DNA from: Patescibacteria group bacterium
Lineage (GTDB): Bacteria > Patescibacteriota > Microgenomatia > JAMCYU01
Length of the DNA stretch: 64,000 bases
Assembly (NCBI GenBank): GCA_023473585.1
Contig: JAMCYU010000009.1
Location: forward strand, 19,487 to 83,486
Direction: 5' to 3'
Part shown: one piece after another, positions 19,871 through 28,619 of the stretch
How positions within the stretch are numbered: the stretch's first letter is position 1
How the letters are laid out: every line of letters begins with the position of its first letter
Made by a program: the position numbers and the translations under genes
Notes under the pieces: model-generated
The model's input: only the letters and a program-made list of their open reading frames with translations
Database searches by the model: none
What the model was told of the DNA's origin: nothing

Positions 19871-20530
19871 TCATTTTCCTTGAAACTTTCTTAATTCTTC
19901 TGTCTTTATAAATAAAGAGTCTTCTTCGCCGTTTATGTTCTTATGAAAAAATCTTGTGTAGTCTTTTAAATTAAGACCAGTTTCGGAAGAGACCACTGTG
20001 CCACTCAGGGATAGAGATTTCCCTCGACCAAGGAAAGAAAATCTTCTCTCTGTTTTTCCTAGCGGCAAAATATGATCACCATACTCAGGGGGAGCATAAG
20101 GGGACATCAGGTCAAATAAAATAGCCGTAACCAAAATGAAATTTCCATCCTCTGAAAGATAGGGAGATATATTTGACGACGGTTTTTGATAAATCCCTGA
20201 GACTAATGGGAAAAAGTCCCGCTTTCCGTATTGCCGATGACATCTCTCATAAAAAATATCTATAACAGAAAGAGGATCCGGACCGCCTCGTTCATCTCTT
20301 CGAATCAGTAAAGTTTTTCCATCCTGCGAGATAGCAAAAACTGTTATTTTGGCTCTTTCGTAAAATTCTTGTTCCCGGGCTTCCTCTCTTACGTCTTTTA
20401 GCAACTCCTGAAAAGACTTCCCTGGCAACTCTTGACGATTCTCTTGACCATAAATATAAATGGCACGTCTCAAAGAATCTTTTGAACCACGTAGTACCAA
20501 AAATCTTTCTATTGACTCTTTAATTCCCAT
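19871..20530 (-). CDS. Hypothetical protein
   Basis: 219-aa ORF with an upstream TTGACA promoter; no family recognised. Confidence 0.55.
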   Translation of the reverse strand: MGIKESIERFLVLRGSKDSLRRAIYIYGQENRQELPGKSFQELLKDVREEAREQEFYERAKITVFAISQDGKTLLIRRDERGGPDPLSVIDIFYERCHRQYGKRDFFPLVSGIYQKPSSNISPYLSEDGNFILVTAILFDLMSPYAPPEYGDHILPLGKTERRFSFLGRGKSLSLSGTVVSSETGLNLKDYTRFFHKNINGEEDSLFIKTEELRKFQGK

Positions 20531-20618
20531 ATTCCACCTATCCTATAGCATAATCTGGGTAGATTTGTCAAGTTTTAGGCCGTAGAATCAACCGAATATT
20601 TGTCATGGGAAAATGGGA

Positions 20619-21098
20619 TTAGACGAACTTTAAAGCTTCCAAAAACCAGGGGCTAACGCGATAGTTATTTAAATCTTCTTTTTTAACCCAGGCAATTTCG
20701 CTGATTTCTTTTTTTTGGGGAAAAGCTACATTGCTTTTGGCCTCAAGTAAATGACAAAACTCATACTCTACTCCCTCTTCACCCCATTTAGTCTGATAAA
20801 TAAAATGAGCCAGGTATTTTAAAGGAATTTTTTCTATCCCCAGCTCTTGTTTAAGAGCCCTGGCCGCGGCTTCGGTAACTTTCTCCCGAGGAAAAACATG
20901 AGTCGCGACCGTCCCGTCCCAAATTCCCGGCCAGAGGGTTTTTTCTAAAGACCGGCGGGCCAAAAGGATTTGCCCCCGATCGTTTTTGACGATCACCAGA
21001 ATCGCCCTATGGAGTTTACCGGGGATTTTATGAGTCTCCTCCCTTTCGGCGAAACCTACTTCTTTGTCTTCCTTATCAACTAAAATTAAAGTCTGCAT
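20619..21098 (-). CDS. NUDIX protein, type 1 isopentenyl-diphosphate isomerase-like
   Basis: ILVD, LHRAI, ILLARRS..K..WPG.W, AAARALKQELGI and EYEFCH. Confidence 0.75.
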   Translation of the reverse strand: MQTLILVDKEDKEVGFAEREETHKIPGKLHRAILVIVKNDRGQILLARRSLEKTLWPGIWDGTVATHVFPREKVTEAAARALKQELGIEKIPLKYLAHFIYQTKWGEEGVEYEFCHLLEAKSNVAFPQKKEISEIAWVKKEDLNNYRVSPWFLEALKFV

Positions 21099-21105
21099 AA
21101 AAAAG

Positions 21106-21177
21106 TGGGCCCGCTTGGGGACGATCCAAGCACCTGTTGTTTATAAGACAACCGCTCTTCCGCTGAGCTACGGGCCC
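21106..21177 (-). tRNA. tRNA-Ile(TAT)
   Basis: Acceptor GGGCCCG/CGGGCCC, D arm GCTC/GAGC, anticodon arm GTTGT-CTTATAA-ACAAC and T arm CTTGG/CCAAG. Confidence 0.85.
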
Positions 21178-21212
21178 AAATTTATTAAGTTAGAACGCGC
21201 GGTGAGATTATA

Positions 21213-23561
21213 TCACAGCCTGGATCTTTGGGCGATTTCCGCCTCGATAAGCTCTTTGGGCTTGCCGTATTTTAAAGCGGAGAGTTTTTTAATCGCCTCG
21301 GCGACCTTGTCATTTTTAGCTTTTTCCTCTGCGGCCAAATCTTTAGTCATATCAACGGAAAAAGGCGGAACGGCTTCCATATTAACAATCGTTCTGATAT
21401 AGGCGTTATAACGGTCAACGTTGATTAAATCAGCCTCGTTAAAAACCGGCTGGAATTCGTGCTGGATAAAATTGGCGTCTGTGACGCCAACCCGAAAGGC
21501 AATCAAGGTTCCGACGTTACCGAAAACGGCGTTTTTCACTTCCTCTTCCATTTGGCCGATAAATTGGTTGGCCACGGTAATGGCGAGATGATATTTTCTG
21601 GCTTCAGAAAGCATGGTGGCAAAATCAGGAGTGGCAAAATTTTGGAATTCATCAACATAAAGATAAAAATCACGCCGTTTTTCTTCAGAAACATCGGTCC
21701 TTGACATCGCCGCCATTAAAATCTTTGGCACAATAATCGTCCCTAAAAAGCTGGTATTCTCTTCACCGATCTTTCCCTTGGCCAAATTAACGAGAATGAT
21801 TTTCCCTTCATCCATCGCTTTACGAAAATCAAAAGCGGTTTTTGATTGTCCGATAATGTTTCTGATGAGTTTATTAGTGACGAACCGACCGAATTTGGAA
21901 ACGATATAATCCAAAACTTCGGATTTGTGGAAGTCAGCCGTTTGCGCAATTTGATCGGTCCAATACCGCCTCACCATCGGATCCTGAACTTTCGGCAAAA
22001 TTTCTTGAACAAAATTAGAATCGGTCAGACAACGAACAACTTCGACAAAAGTACTGCCCGGTTCGGCCATGACGGTTAAAATCGCATTTCTGATCGCGTG
22101 TTCAAATCTGGGCCCGATAATTCCGGTTTTATAAGGATCATAAAGTTTATACATGAGACCGATAATTGAAGTGGTCACCATGTGCTGCTGCTGTTCGGTA
22201 TAGGCCTCAATCATGTTCAGACCCAGCGGCCGTTCCGTGTCTGACGGGTCAAAATAGATAACGTCTTCGGCTCGCTCCGGCGGGATTAACGGCAAAATTT
22301 TGTCAATCGTATCGTGAGGATCAATAAAACAAACACCTTCGCCGTTTTTAATATCCTGTAAAATCATGGATTTTAAAAGCTCTGACTTGCCGACTCCGGT
22401 TTTCCCGATAATATAGATATGACGACTGCGATCTCCTTTTTCAATATAAACCGGTCTTTTGATCCCGCGGTAAACCGATTCGCCCAGGAAAAGACCGCTC
22501 GTTGAAATCTGCTGCGGCGCCGGGGCCTTTTTCGCGTTCAGCCAGAAGAGATGCGGTGTTTCGACTTGTTTATTGGGAAAATGGAAAATGGTCGCTAATT
22601 CTTCCGAATTTAAGATCCCGGTTTTCCCAAAAAAAGGTACGGAGATCGTCGGAAAATAACGATAAATAAAATCAATCATAAAAGATCTTTTACTGAAGAG
22701 TCTAGCCTTCTTAAAACTGTTTAAATCATTGGCAAATTGTTCAAAAACGGCCGTCAAATTCTGAAGATGAGCGCTCGCTTGTTCTTTCGTGGCCGAGGCC
22801 ACGACAAGACGAATACAGGTAGCAAAACCGGGCTTGCTGCATTTTTGTTCAATGGCCTCCAAAATTTTTTGGTCAACGGTAAATCGGGCCTTTTCCGGAT
22901 CCGCCTCCCGCCTTTTAATTTTACCGATATACCCTCGACCGATCGACTGCCATTTACTGTTAACCGGTGAAATTAAGATTTGGATCGCCGCCCCCTCCCC
23001 TTCTCCCATTTTCGCCAAAGCCGAAGTCATTAAAGATAAAGGGTCGGTCGGCAAATCCTTATAAATTTTTAAAGGATAATAATTGACGTTTTTAAGTTTT
23101 AAAGAAGCAAAAGCGACCTTGCCTTTTTCGCCGAAAAGATTATATTCCTCAACTTCCTTGATGTCGGCGCCGGGATAAGCACCGTTAATCTGTTTTTCGA
23201 CCAGGTCCTGAATGTTTTTCGGACAATGCACATAAAATCTGATGTCCTCGGGTAAACCGACAATTTCAAAAGAAAGATGTTCCTGAAGTTTTAAAAAAGA
23301 AAAAAAACCACTTTTAGTCAACGAGTGTAAGGAAGCAAACATCTGTTCGGCCGCATCAATTTTAATCTCATTGTCTTTAGGCAAGGCAATTTGCAGCAAA
23401 ACCGAGTTAAGCGCCCGCTCTTCCCGATGACGGTATTTCCATAAAAGGAAAATAAAGTAAAGAAGAATGACGAAACCTCCCAAGGCCAAAAGAGCGATGA
23501 CAAGACTAAATAAAAAAGCCTGGGCTTGAGTTAAAAACTCGTTAATCGCTTCCGTCTGCAT
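21213..23561 (-). CDS. Membrane-anchored VirD4/TraD/HerA-like ATPase
   Basis: N-terminal TM helix, Walker A GKTGVGKS, FIDPH, Walker B LYVDEFQ, LSEARKY and ANQF. Confidence 0.85.
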   Translation of the reverse strand: MQTEAINEFLTQAQAFLFSLVIALLALGGFVILLYFIFLLWKYRHREERALNSVLLQIALPKDNEIKIDAAEQMFASLHSLTKSGFFSFLKLQEHLSFEIVGLPEDIRFYVHCPKNIQDLVEKQINGAYPGADIKEVEEYNLFGEKGKVAFASLKLKNVNYYPLKIYKDLPTDPLSLMTSALAKMGEGEGAAIQILISPVNSKWQSIGRGYIGKIKRREADPEKARFTVDQKILEAIEQKCSKPGFATCIRLVVASATKEQASAHLQNLTAVFEQFANDLNSFKKARLFSKRSFMIDFIYRYFPTISVPFFGKTGILNSEELATIFHFPNKQVETPHLFWLNAKKAPAPQQISTSGLFLGESVYRGIKRPVYIEKGDRSRHIYIIGKTGVGKSELLKSMILQDIKNGEGVCFIDPHDTIDKILPLIPPERAEDVIYFDPSDTERPLGLNMIEAYTEQQQHMVTTSIIGLMYKLYDPYKTGIIGPRFEHAIRNAILTVMAEPGSTFVEVVRCLTDSNFVQEILPKVQDPMVRRYWTDQIAQTADFHKSEVLDYIVSKFGRFVTNKLIRNIIGQSKTAFDFRKAMDEGKIILVNLAKGKIGEENTSFLGTIIVPKILMAAMSRTDVSEEKRRDFYLYVDEFQNFATPDFATMLSEARKYHLAITVANQFIGQMEEEVKNAVFGNVGTLIAFRVGVTDANFIQHEFQPVFNEADLINVDRYNAYIRTIVNMEAVPPFSVDMTKDLAAEEKAKNDKVAEAIKKLSALKYGKPKELIEAEIAQRSRL

Positions 23562-23579
23562 AAATCTTAATGACCCTTT

Positions 23580-23999
23580 TTAGGTCTTGACCCTGACAAT
23601 TCGGCCGTTTTCTTTTTTTAACTTAATATGAACTTTTCTTAATTGTTTTAAACACCATTCGGCAAACCAACGCAAGTTGTCGGTAATTGGGGCTTTCCGG
23701 CTGCTTAAAATTTTTTCGTCAGCTAAGGGAAGATTCACCGATGATAAATTTACCGATAAATCCGCTCCGGTTTGAGTCACTCCCATTTTCGGCAGGGGCG
23801 GCGGCAGTTCAATTTCTTCCTGACGGATTTCGACAACTTTTTTGATTTCCGGTGTCAACTCAATTTCTTGTCTGACCGCTTCTAAAGAAGCTTCATCTTG
23901 TCTTATAAGAGTTTCTTTTTCTTTGGTTCCTAAGGAACCAGAATAAGAACTTGTTGTTTGATCAATTTTTTTATTAAGAGGATCGGGCAGACTGCTCAT
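23580..23999 (-). CDS. Hypothetical protein
   Basis: 139-aa ORF co-oriented with the ATPase; LRWFAEWC tail. Confidence 0.6.
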   Translation of the reverse strand: MSSLPDPLNKKIDQTTSSYSGSLGTKEKETLIRQDEASLEAVRQEIELTPEIKKVVEIRQEEIELPPPLPKMGVTQTGADLSVNLSSVNLPLADEKILSSRKAPITDNLRWFAEWCLKQLRKVHIKLKKENGRIVRVKT

Positions 24000-24111
24000 C
24001 TTGCCTTAATTCTAACAACTTTTGAGGTTTTTCTCAACTAATTTAACTTCCTTTACAATCTCCCCTTCTTTGACCCCGGCCAAATGTTTAGGGATTAAAT
24101 CGGGAAAAACC

Positions 24112-24672
24112 CTAGCGGCGAAATAGGAAGTTGAGATTCCTAGATTTTGAGGCATAAAAGGATTTTACCATTTCGACGATACCAAAAGAAACCGGCACGA
24201 AGAACAAATTGCCCAAAAGATTAAGTTTTAAGAAGGGCAAACCCATAAGATAAGACTCAATTAAACCCGCCAGTGTTTTTGGATACATCCCCCAGCTGTC
24301 TAAAGCCCAAACCCCGAAATTGGTCCAAAGAAAAAACCACAGTGCCGCTCCTATTCCTAACCCCGTGGCTTTTGGTATCAGGTATTTGGTATTAAGTATT
24401 AAGTATTTGGAACCAACTAGTCCAATGACTAAGTAAGCCGACCAGGTAAAAAGAAAAATATTGGTGTTGCCGATTAACGTGTCTGACAAAACCATGATCG
24501 CTAAGGGCACTAAAATGGCGTATTTTTTCCCTAAATAAGCTCCGGCCAAAAGCGAGGCGGCCGTAACGTATTCGATATTCGGCGCAATATGACCAATGGT
24601 TCTAAAGAAAAGACCTAAAAAAACCAAAAGGATTGTCCAGAAAATTTTACGTTTAAGTTTAAACATTAGCAA
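24112..24672 (-). CDS. ECF-transporter S-component-like membrane protein (DUF6580-like), probable cobalamin uptake
   Basis: HIAPNIE, FFLWTNFGVW and YPKTLAGLIESYLMGLPF; lies downstream of the cobalamin riboswitch. Confidence 0.75.
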   Translation of the reverse strand: MLMFKLKRKIFWTILLVFLGLFFRTIGHIAPNIEYVTAASLLAGAYLGKKYAILVPLAIMVLSDTLIGNTNIFLFTWSAYLVIGLVGSKYLILNTKYLIPKATGLGIGAALWFFLWTNFGVWALDSWGMYPKTLAGLIESYLMGLPFLKLNLLGNLFFVPVSFGIVEMVKSFYASKSRNLNFLFRR

Positions 24673-24679
24673 TTAAAAA

Positions 24680-25093
24680 TTAAAAATTTGGTTTTATGTA
24701 TTTCCACTCTATTATATCACCATTTTTCAATTCGTATTTGTCAGCCGCAACTTCCGCCGATTTCCCGTTAATAAAATAGATCCAGGCTTTTTCCTTGGTG
24801 TTTTCTACTCCGCCAATTCCTTCCACGAAAACCCCGAAATCATATTGCTTTGTTTTTAAATCAAGATTTTCTTGTTTGGCCAAATTTTGCAGAGCCTCAA
24901 GGGCCGTTTTGGCCGAAACCGTGGCTTCTTTCCTTGTTTCTTCATTTTCGATAACTATCTGTGTTTGTAACTTAGGTTGTTCCACCTTAACTTGCGGCGC
25001 CGGGGTTGGACTTGGTCTTTTCTCTAAAATCACCAAAGTTCCCAATCCCCCCAATATTCCCAGACTAATTAGCAAAAGCAAATACTTGCGCAT
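24680..25093 (-). CDS. DUF4430 (transcobalamin C-terminal-like) membrane-anchored protein
   Basis: N-terminal anchor and FGVFVEGIGG...WIYFINGKSAEVAADKYELKNGDIIEWKY. Confidence 0.8.
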   Translation of the reverse strand: MRKYLLLLISLGILGGLGTLVILEKRPSPTPAPQVKVEQPKLQTQIVIENEETRKEATVSAKTALEALQNLAKQENLDLKTKQYDFGVFVEGIGGVENTKEKAWIYFINGKSAEVAADKYELKNGDIIEWKYIKPNF

Positions 25094-27038
25094 AATTTCC
25101 CCTTTCTTGCAATAATGAGAAATAATACTCTATCTCCTGAAAATCTTCAAGATCCCCTGAAGTTTCTGTTAAATCATCTGCTGGCCCGTCTGCATTCATC
25201 AGACTTATCCGCCGCTGCCATAAGAAATCTTCTCCTAGTTTTTCCTTAACCAATTTTCTTAAGAAATGTAATAAAGAATAAAGTCTTTGGTTTTGGTCTT
25301 TAGGAAACTCTAGCTCTAAAATATCCGAAAACGTAACTTCGGTCGACTGGCTAACCCAAATCAGTTTTTGAATCTCCGAACGGACCCCAACAACGTCAGG
25401 TTTTGCCGAAGACAAATCTAAAGATGGTCTCACTACCAGTCTTTTTATGGCCAAAACCTTGACCTTTTTTCCAACTGCCGGTTTATCCGGTTCTTCACTT
25501 CTGTCTTCTGTCTTAATTTTGGGCCGAACAGCTGTCTGTTCATTTAATACAGGCTGATCATAAAATTGTAACCCTGGTTTAACTGGCAACATCTTTCCCA
25601 TCTCATCTTCGTCAATTATTTCTGCTTCTACTTCCAGTATCTTGCCGATTTGGTTATCCGCCGTCGCAGAAATTTTTACCAAAGGCATGGTGATTGTTTC
25701 TCTGGCCGTTTCGCAAACTATCTGGTCTTCCTGTCCTACTTTGATTTGTGGTTTAAATATAGGTATCTCTTTAAAATTCACCGGTCTTTCCATCATGAGA
25801 TTTTTTTGCTCGACTACTTGTCCCCTGGAGGATTGACTCTCATATATCAACACATAAGAACACTCTGCTAGGGGTTGATAGGGAGCTACTTGTGGGATAA
25901 TTACTTCTACCTGTTCCCGCACGCGGTCAAATATTTGGATATTTGGATATGGTTTAATCATGTCCCTTTCCGCTGGCGCGATAAATTCAACGGCGGGCAG
26001 TACTCCTGTTTTAGGAAACAGTTCATTAATCTGCACATTATTGGGCAAAGATAAAATCTTAAACATAGAAGCTGATTCAGATAAAACGTGACTAACAGGA
26101 TTATCATTATCGTTTGCTACAATGTTACATAGCACTGTAGTAAGAGGTGTAACCCCATGAATTAATGGCAATGATGGGGATGGCAAGGAAACGGCCAATA
26201 AAAGAGGCACGACTGGAAGGATTGGGACTATGGGTATCTGTCTGTCTGAGAAATTATTCTGTGTCTCGCTTTTGCAGGTAGATCCGCAAGTTCTCTCTTG
26301 CGAAACTGACTGACACGCGCCTAGTGAAATTTGTATCGTTGGTGTTTCTCCTAGTCTTTGAAGATGAAATTTGTTTCTTTCCTCCAAAAAATTTCCCTGA
26401 AAATCGATATTTCTGACGTGTCCTTTGACAACCATGAATAAGACTAAATCTCGCTGTTTATCTAAATTAATCAACTGGGATTCATCCGTTAAAAAATCAC
26501 CAAGAAGGCTTCTGGCGGTATTCTCCGTCGTTGGCGGCAAGAGTTTTGATTTAAATTGAAATTCGTTGTCTGTTCTTGTCACTTTAGAAACCGCCGCGCC
26601 GTCATTAATATCGATACCGCAAGGACTGAAAAAAATAAGGCTTTCTCCGTTTTTTAGAGAAAAAACAGCTCTTTGCACACCTTCAAATTGCTTAATTTGT
26701 CCAAGTGCCACTCGCCATTTAAGGCTTCGAATTTCCCCAGAATCTCTTTTGTCATTTTGCACAAAAGCCGCATAGCGTTTCATCGAATCAATCATCGCCA
26801 GGCCGGTCTCGCCTTTGCTATCGACCAAAGCCGGCTCACCGTGTCTGTCTTGACCCCAACGGTAAGTCGTTTGCCAATAGGCCCGGTGAGGATTTCCTTT
26901 TTCATTATTGGCGCTTCTGCGATTTTGCACCAAACCAAACATTCTCCCAGGAAGACTTAAGGGATCTCTCTTGAGAGAATCAACAATACCGACTATTTCC
27001 GCCCTGACATCAAAGATTGGTCTTTCGACTTTGGCCAT
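25065..27038 (-). CDS. Large hypothetical protein, first gene after the cobalamin riboswitch
   Basis: 657-aa uninterrupted ORF with a Pro/Val/Glu-rich middle; no family recognised. Confidence 0.6.
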   Translation of the reverse strand: MAKVERPIFDVRAEIVGIVDSLKRDPLSLPGRMFGLVQNRRSANNEKGNPHRAYWQTTYRWGQDRHGEPALVDSKGETGLAMIDSMKRYAAFVQNDKRDSGEIRSLKWRVALGQIKQFEGVQRAVFSLKNGESLIFFSPCGIDINDGAAVSKVTRTDNEFQFKSKLLPPTTENTARSLLGDFLTDESQLINLDKQRDLVLFMVVKGHVRNIDFQGNFLEERNKFHLQRLGETPTIQISLGACQSVSQERTCGSTCKSETQNNFSDRQIPIVPILPVVPLLLAVSLPSPSLPLIHGVTPLTTVLCNIVANDNDNPVSHVLSESASMFKILSLPNNVQINELFPKTGVLPAVEFIAPAERDMIKPYPNIQIFDRVREQVEVIIPQVAPYQPLAECSYVLIYESQSSRGQVVEQKNLMMERPVNFKEIPIFKPQIKVGQEDQIVCETARETITMPLVKISATADNQIGKILEVEAEIIDEDEMGKMLPVKPGLQFYDQPVLNEQTAVRPKIKTEDRSEEPDKPAVGKKVKVLAIKRLVVRPSLDLSSAKPDVVGVRSEIQKLIWVSQSTEVTFSDILELEFPKDQNQRLYSLLHFLRKLVKEKLGEDFLWQRRISLMNADGPADDLTETSGDLEDFQEIEYYFSLLQERGNYAQVFAFAN

Positions 27039-27073
27039 AAAAAAACCCTCTCGTTTTTTCTCTCGAGAAGGTT
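27039..27073 (-). terminator. Riboswitch-controlled intrinsic terminator (attenuator)
   Basis: Hairpin AACCTTCTCG/CGAGAGGGTT plus a T run. A competing antiterminator strand at 27136-27144 is complementary to 27059-27067. Confidence 0.75.
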
Positions 27074-27147
27074 AAGCGAATTAATGGAAAATTACTCCAC
27101 TGATTCTTAATTTCTGATATTTAACGCTACCCTTGCTCGAGAGATAA

Positions 27148-27252
27148 CCTTAAGACGGTTCCCGGCTCTGGCTCGCCGAAGCTTTAGCGAAGGCGGCCTT
27201 TTACGGTTGCGGCACAGTCCTTGATTCACACAAGGTTCCCGTAACCTTAAGG
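27148..27252 (-). ncRNA. Cobalamin riboswitch
   Basis: GGGAA-CCTTG-TGTGAAT-CAAGG-ACTG..CCGCAACCGTAA...AGCCGGGAACCGTC B12-box pattern, P1 CCTTAAGG/TCTTAAGG, TTGACA/TAGACT promoter directly upstream and B12-related genes nearby. Confidence 0.85.
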
Positions 27253-27291
27253 ATAATTAAAGTCTAACAAAATAAATTTTTTTGTCAATCA

Positions 27292-27828
27292 TCAATAATC
27301 AATTCCCTTGCGGGCTTTTTCGCCTTTTTGAAAAGGATGGCTGACTTCGGTGAATTCTGTTACCAGATCCGCTTTTCTAATAATTTCCGGACAAGCGAAC
27401 CTGCCGGTTAAAACCAAATCAAGCTTTTTGGGTTTATCATTTATTATTTGTAACACATCCTCTAATTTAATGAGCCCGAATTTTACCGCCACATTGATTT
27501 CGTCTAAAATAATAAGCTCATACTTACTACTTAATACTTGATACTTACTACTTTCAAGCGCCTTCTTGGCTTCTTTGTAATCAACCGGTTTTAATCGTTT
27601 TGGGTTGACAAAATCTTTAGTTCCGTATTGCTCAACGTCAATTTGAAATTTGAAATTTGAAATTTGAAATTTTTTTTGTATCTCATACAGCGCTTTTACT
27701 TCTCCGCTAACCTGTTTTTTAAGGAATTGAATGACGAGTACTTTCTTCCCCCATCCCGCCGCCCGCAACGCCAAACCCAAGGCTGCGGTTGTCTTGCCTT
27801 TGCCATTGCCGGTATAAACGATAATCAT
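27292..27828 (-). CDS. cobO: Cob(I)alamin adenosyltransferase (CobO/BtuR)
   Basis: YTGNGKGKTTAALG, QFLK, LDEI, LVLTGR and ADLVTE. Confidence 0.92.
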   Translation of the reverse strand: MIIVYTGNGKGKTTAALGLALRAAGWGKKVLVIQFLKKQVSGEVKALYEIQKKFQISNFKFQIDVEQYGTKDFVNPKRLKPVDYKEAKKALESSKYQVLSSKYELIILDEINVAVKFGLIKLEDVLQIINDKPKKLDLVLTGRFACPEIIRKADLVTEFTEVSHPFQKGEKARKGIDY

Positions 27829-27896
27829 AATAATTAGAAATTAGATATTAGTAATTAGGAATTAGTAACTTTTCCTTAATTAGCTAATTACTTTCC

Positions 27897-28619
27897 TTAT
27901 ATTCCCCTTAGTTCCGTTTTTGGTATTAATTTACGTAATTTGGGCAAGACTTTATCAAAAAATTCCTTCGGATAAGGCTTCAGTTTCTCAAAACTTTTAT
28001 CTAAACACTGTCCGGGATTAAATTGCTGTAAAAACCACTTGATGGATGATGGATTGTGGATGATGGATGATAGGTCTTTTGCCATTTCGATCAAATCTTC
28101 TCTATTATGTAGTGTTGGGACTACTGTTGTCCGCAATTCAAAATCAAGACCGCTTTTGATTAAAATATTAATGCATTCGCTTATTTGTTTATTGATTTGT
28201 TTATTTGTAGTATTTGTATATTTGTAGTATTTAATAAGCGGTCCTTTATAATCAATCGCCACGTAGTCCAAAAGTTTTTGGGCCAATAAATCTTTAACCA
28301 TCCCGGGGTTTGTCCCGTTGGTGTCAAGTTTAATTAAAAAACCCAATTTTTTGATTTTTTTGATAAAGGCCGGCAGATCTTCGTAAAGGGTCGGCTCGCC
28401 GCCGGTAACGACAATCCCGTCTAAAAGTTGCCTTTTGTTTTTTAAAAAAATAAAAAAATCTTCTTCTTTTATCTCCGGTAAGGTTTCCGGCCGCAAAACC
28501 AAATCGCTATTGTGACAAAAGGGACAACGGAAATTACAGCCGGCAACAAAAATAATCGCCGCCACTTTCCCCGGATAATCAAGCAGGGTTGTTTTTTGCA
28601 GACCTTTAATTTTTATCAT
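27897..28619 (-). CDS. nrdG: Anaerobic ribonucleotide reductase activase (radical SAM)
   Basis: LDYPG, GCNFRCPFCHN, VTGGEP and KLDTNG; adjacent to nrdD. Confidence 0.9.
   Translation of the reverse strand: MIKIKGLQKTTLLDYPGKVAAIIFVAGCNFRCPFCHNSDLVLRPETLPEIKEEDFFIFLKNKRQLLDGIVVTGGEPTLYEDLPAFIKKIKKLGFLIKLDTNGTNPGMVKDLLAQKLLDYVAIDYKGPLIKYYKYTNTTNKQINKQISECINILIKSGLDFELRTTVVPTLHNREDLIEMAKDLSSIIHNPSSIKWFLQQFNPGQCLDKSFEKLKPYPKEFFDKVLPKLRKLIPKTELRGI

Noticed and set aside
19004-23561. Integrative conjugative element (tyrosine recombinase, tRNAs and VirD4-like ATPase)
   Set aside because: No relaxase, no mating-pair genes and no duplicated tRNA end. The recombinase is Xer-sized and sits among housekeeping genes.
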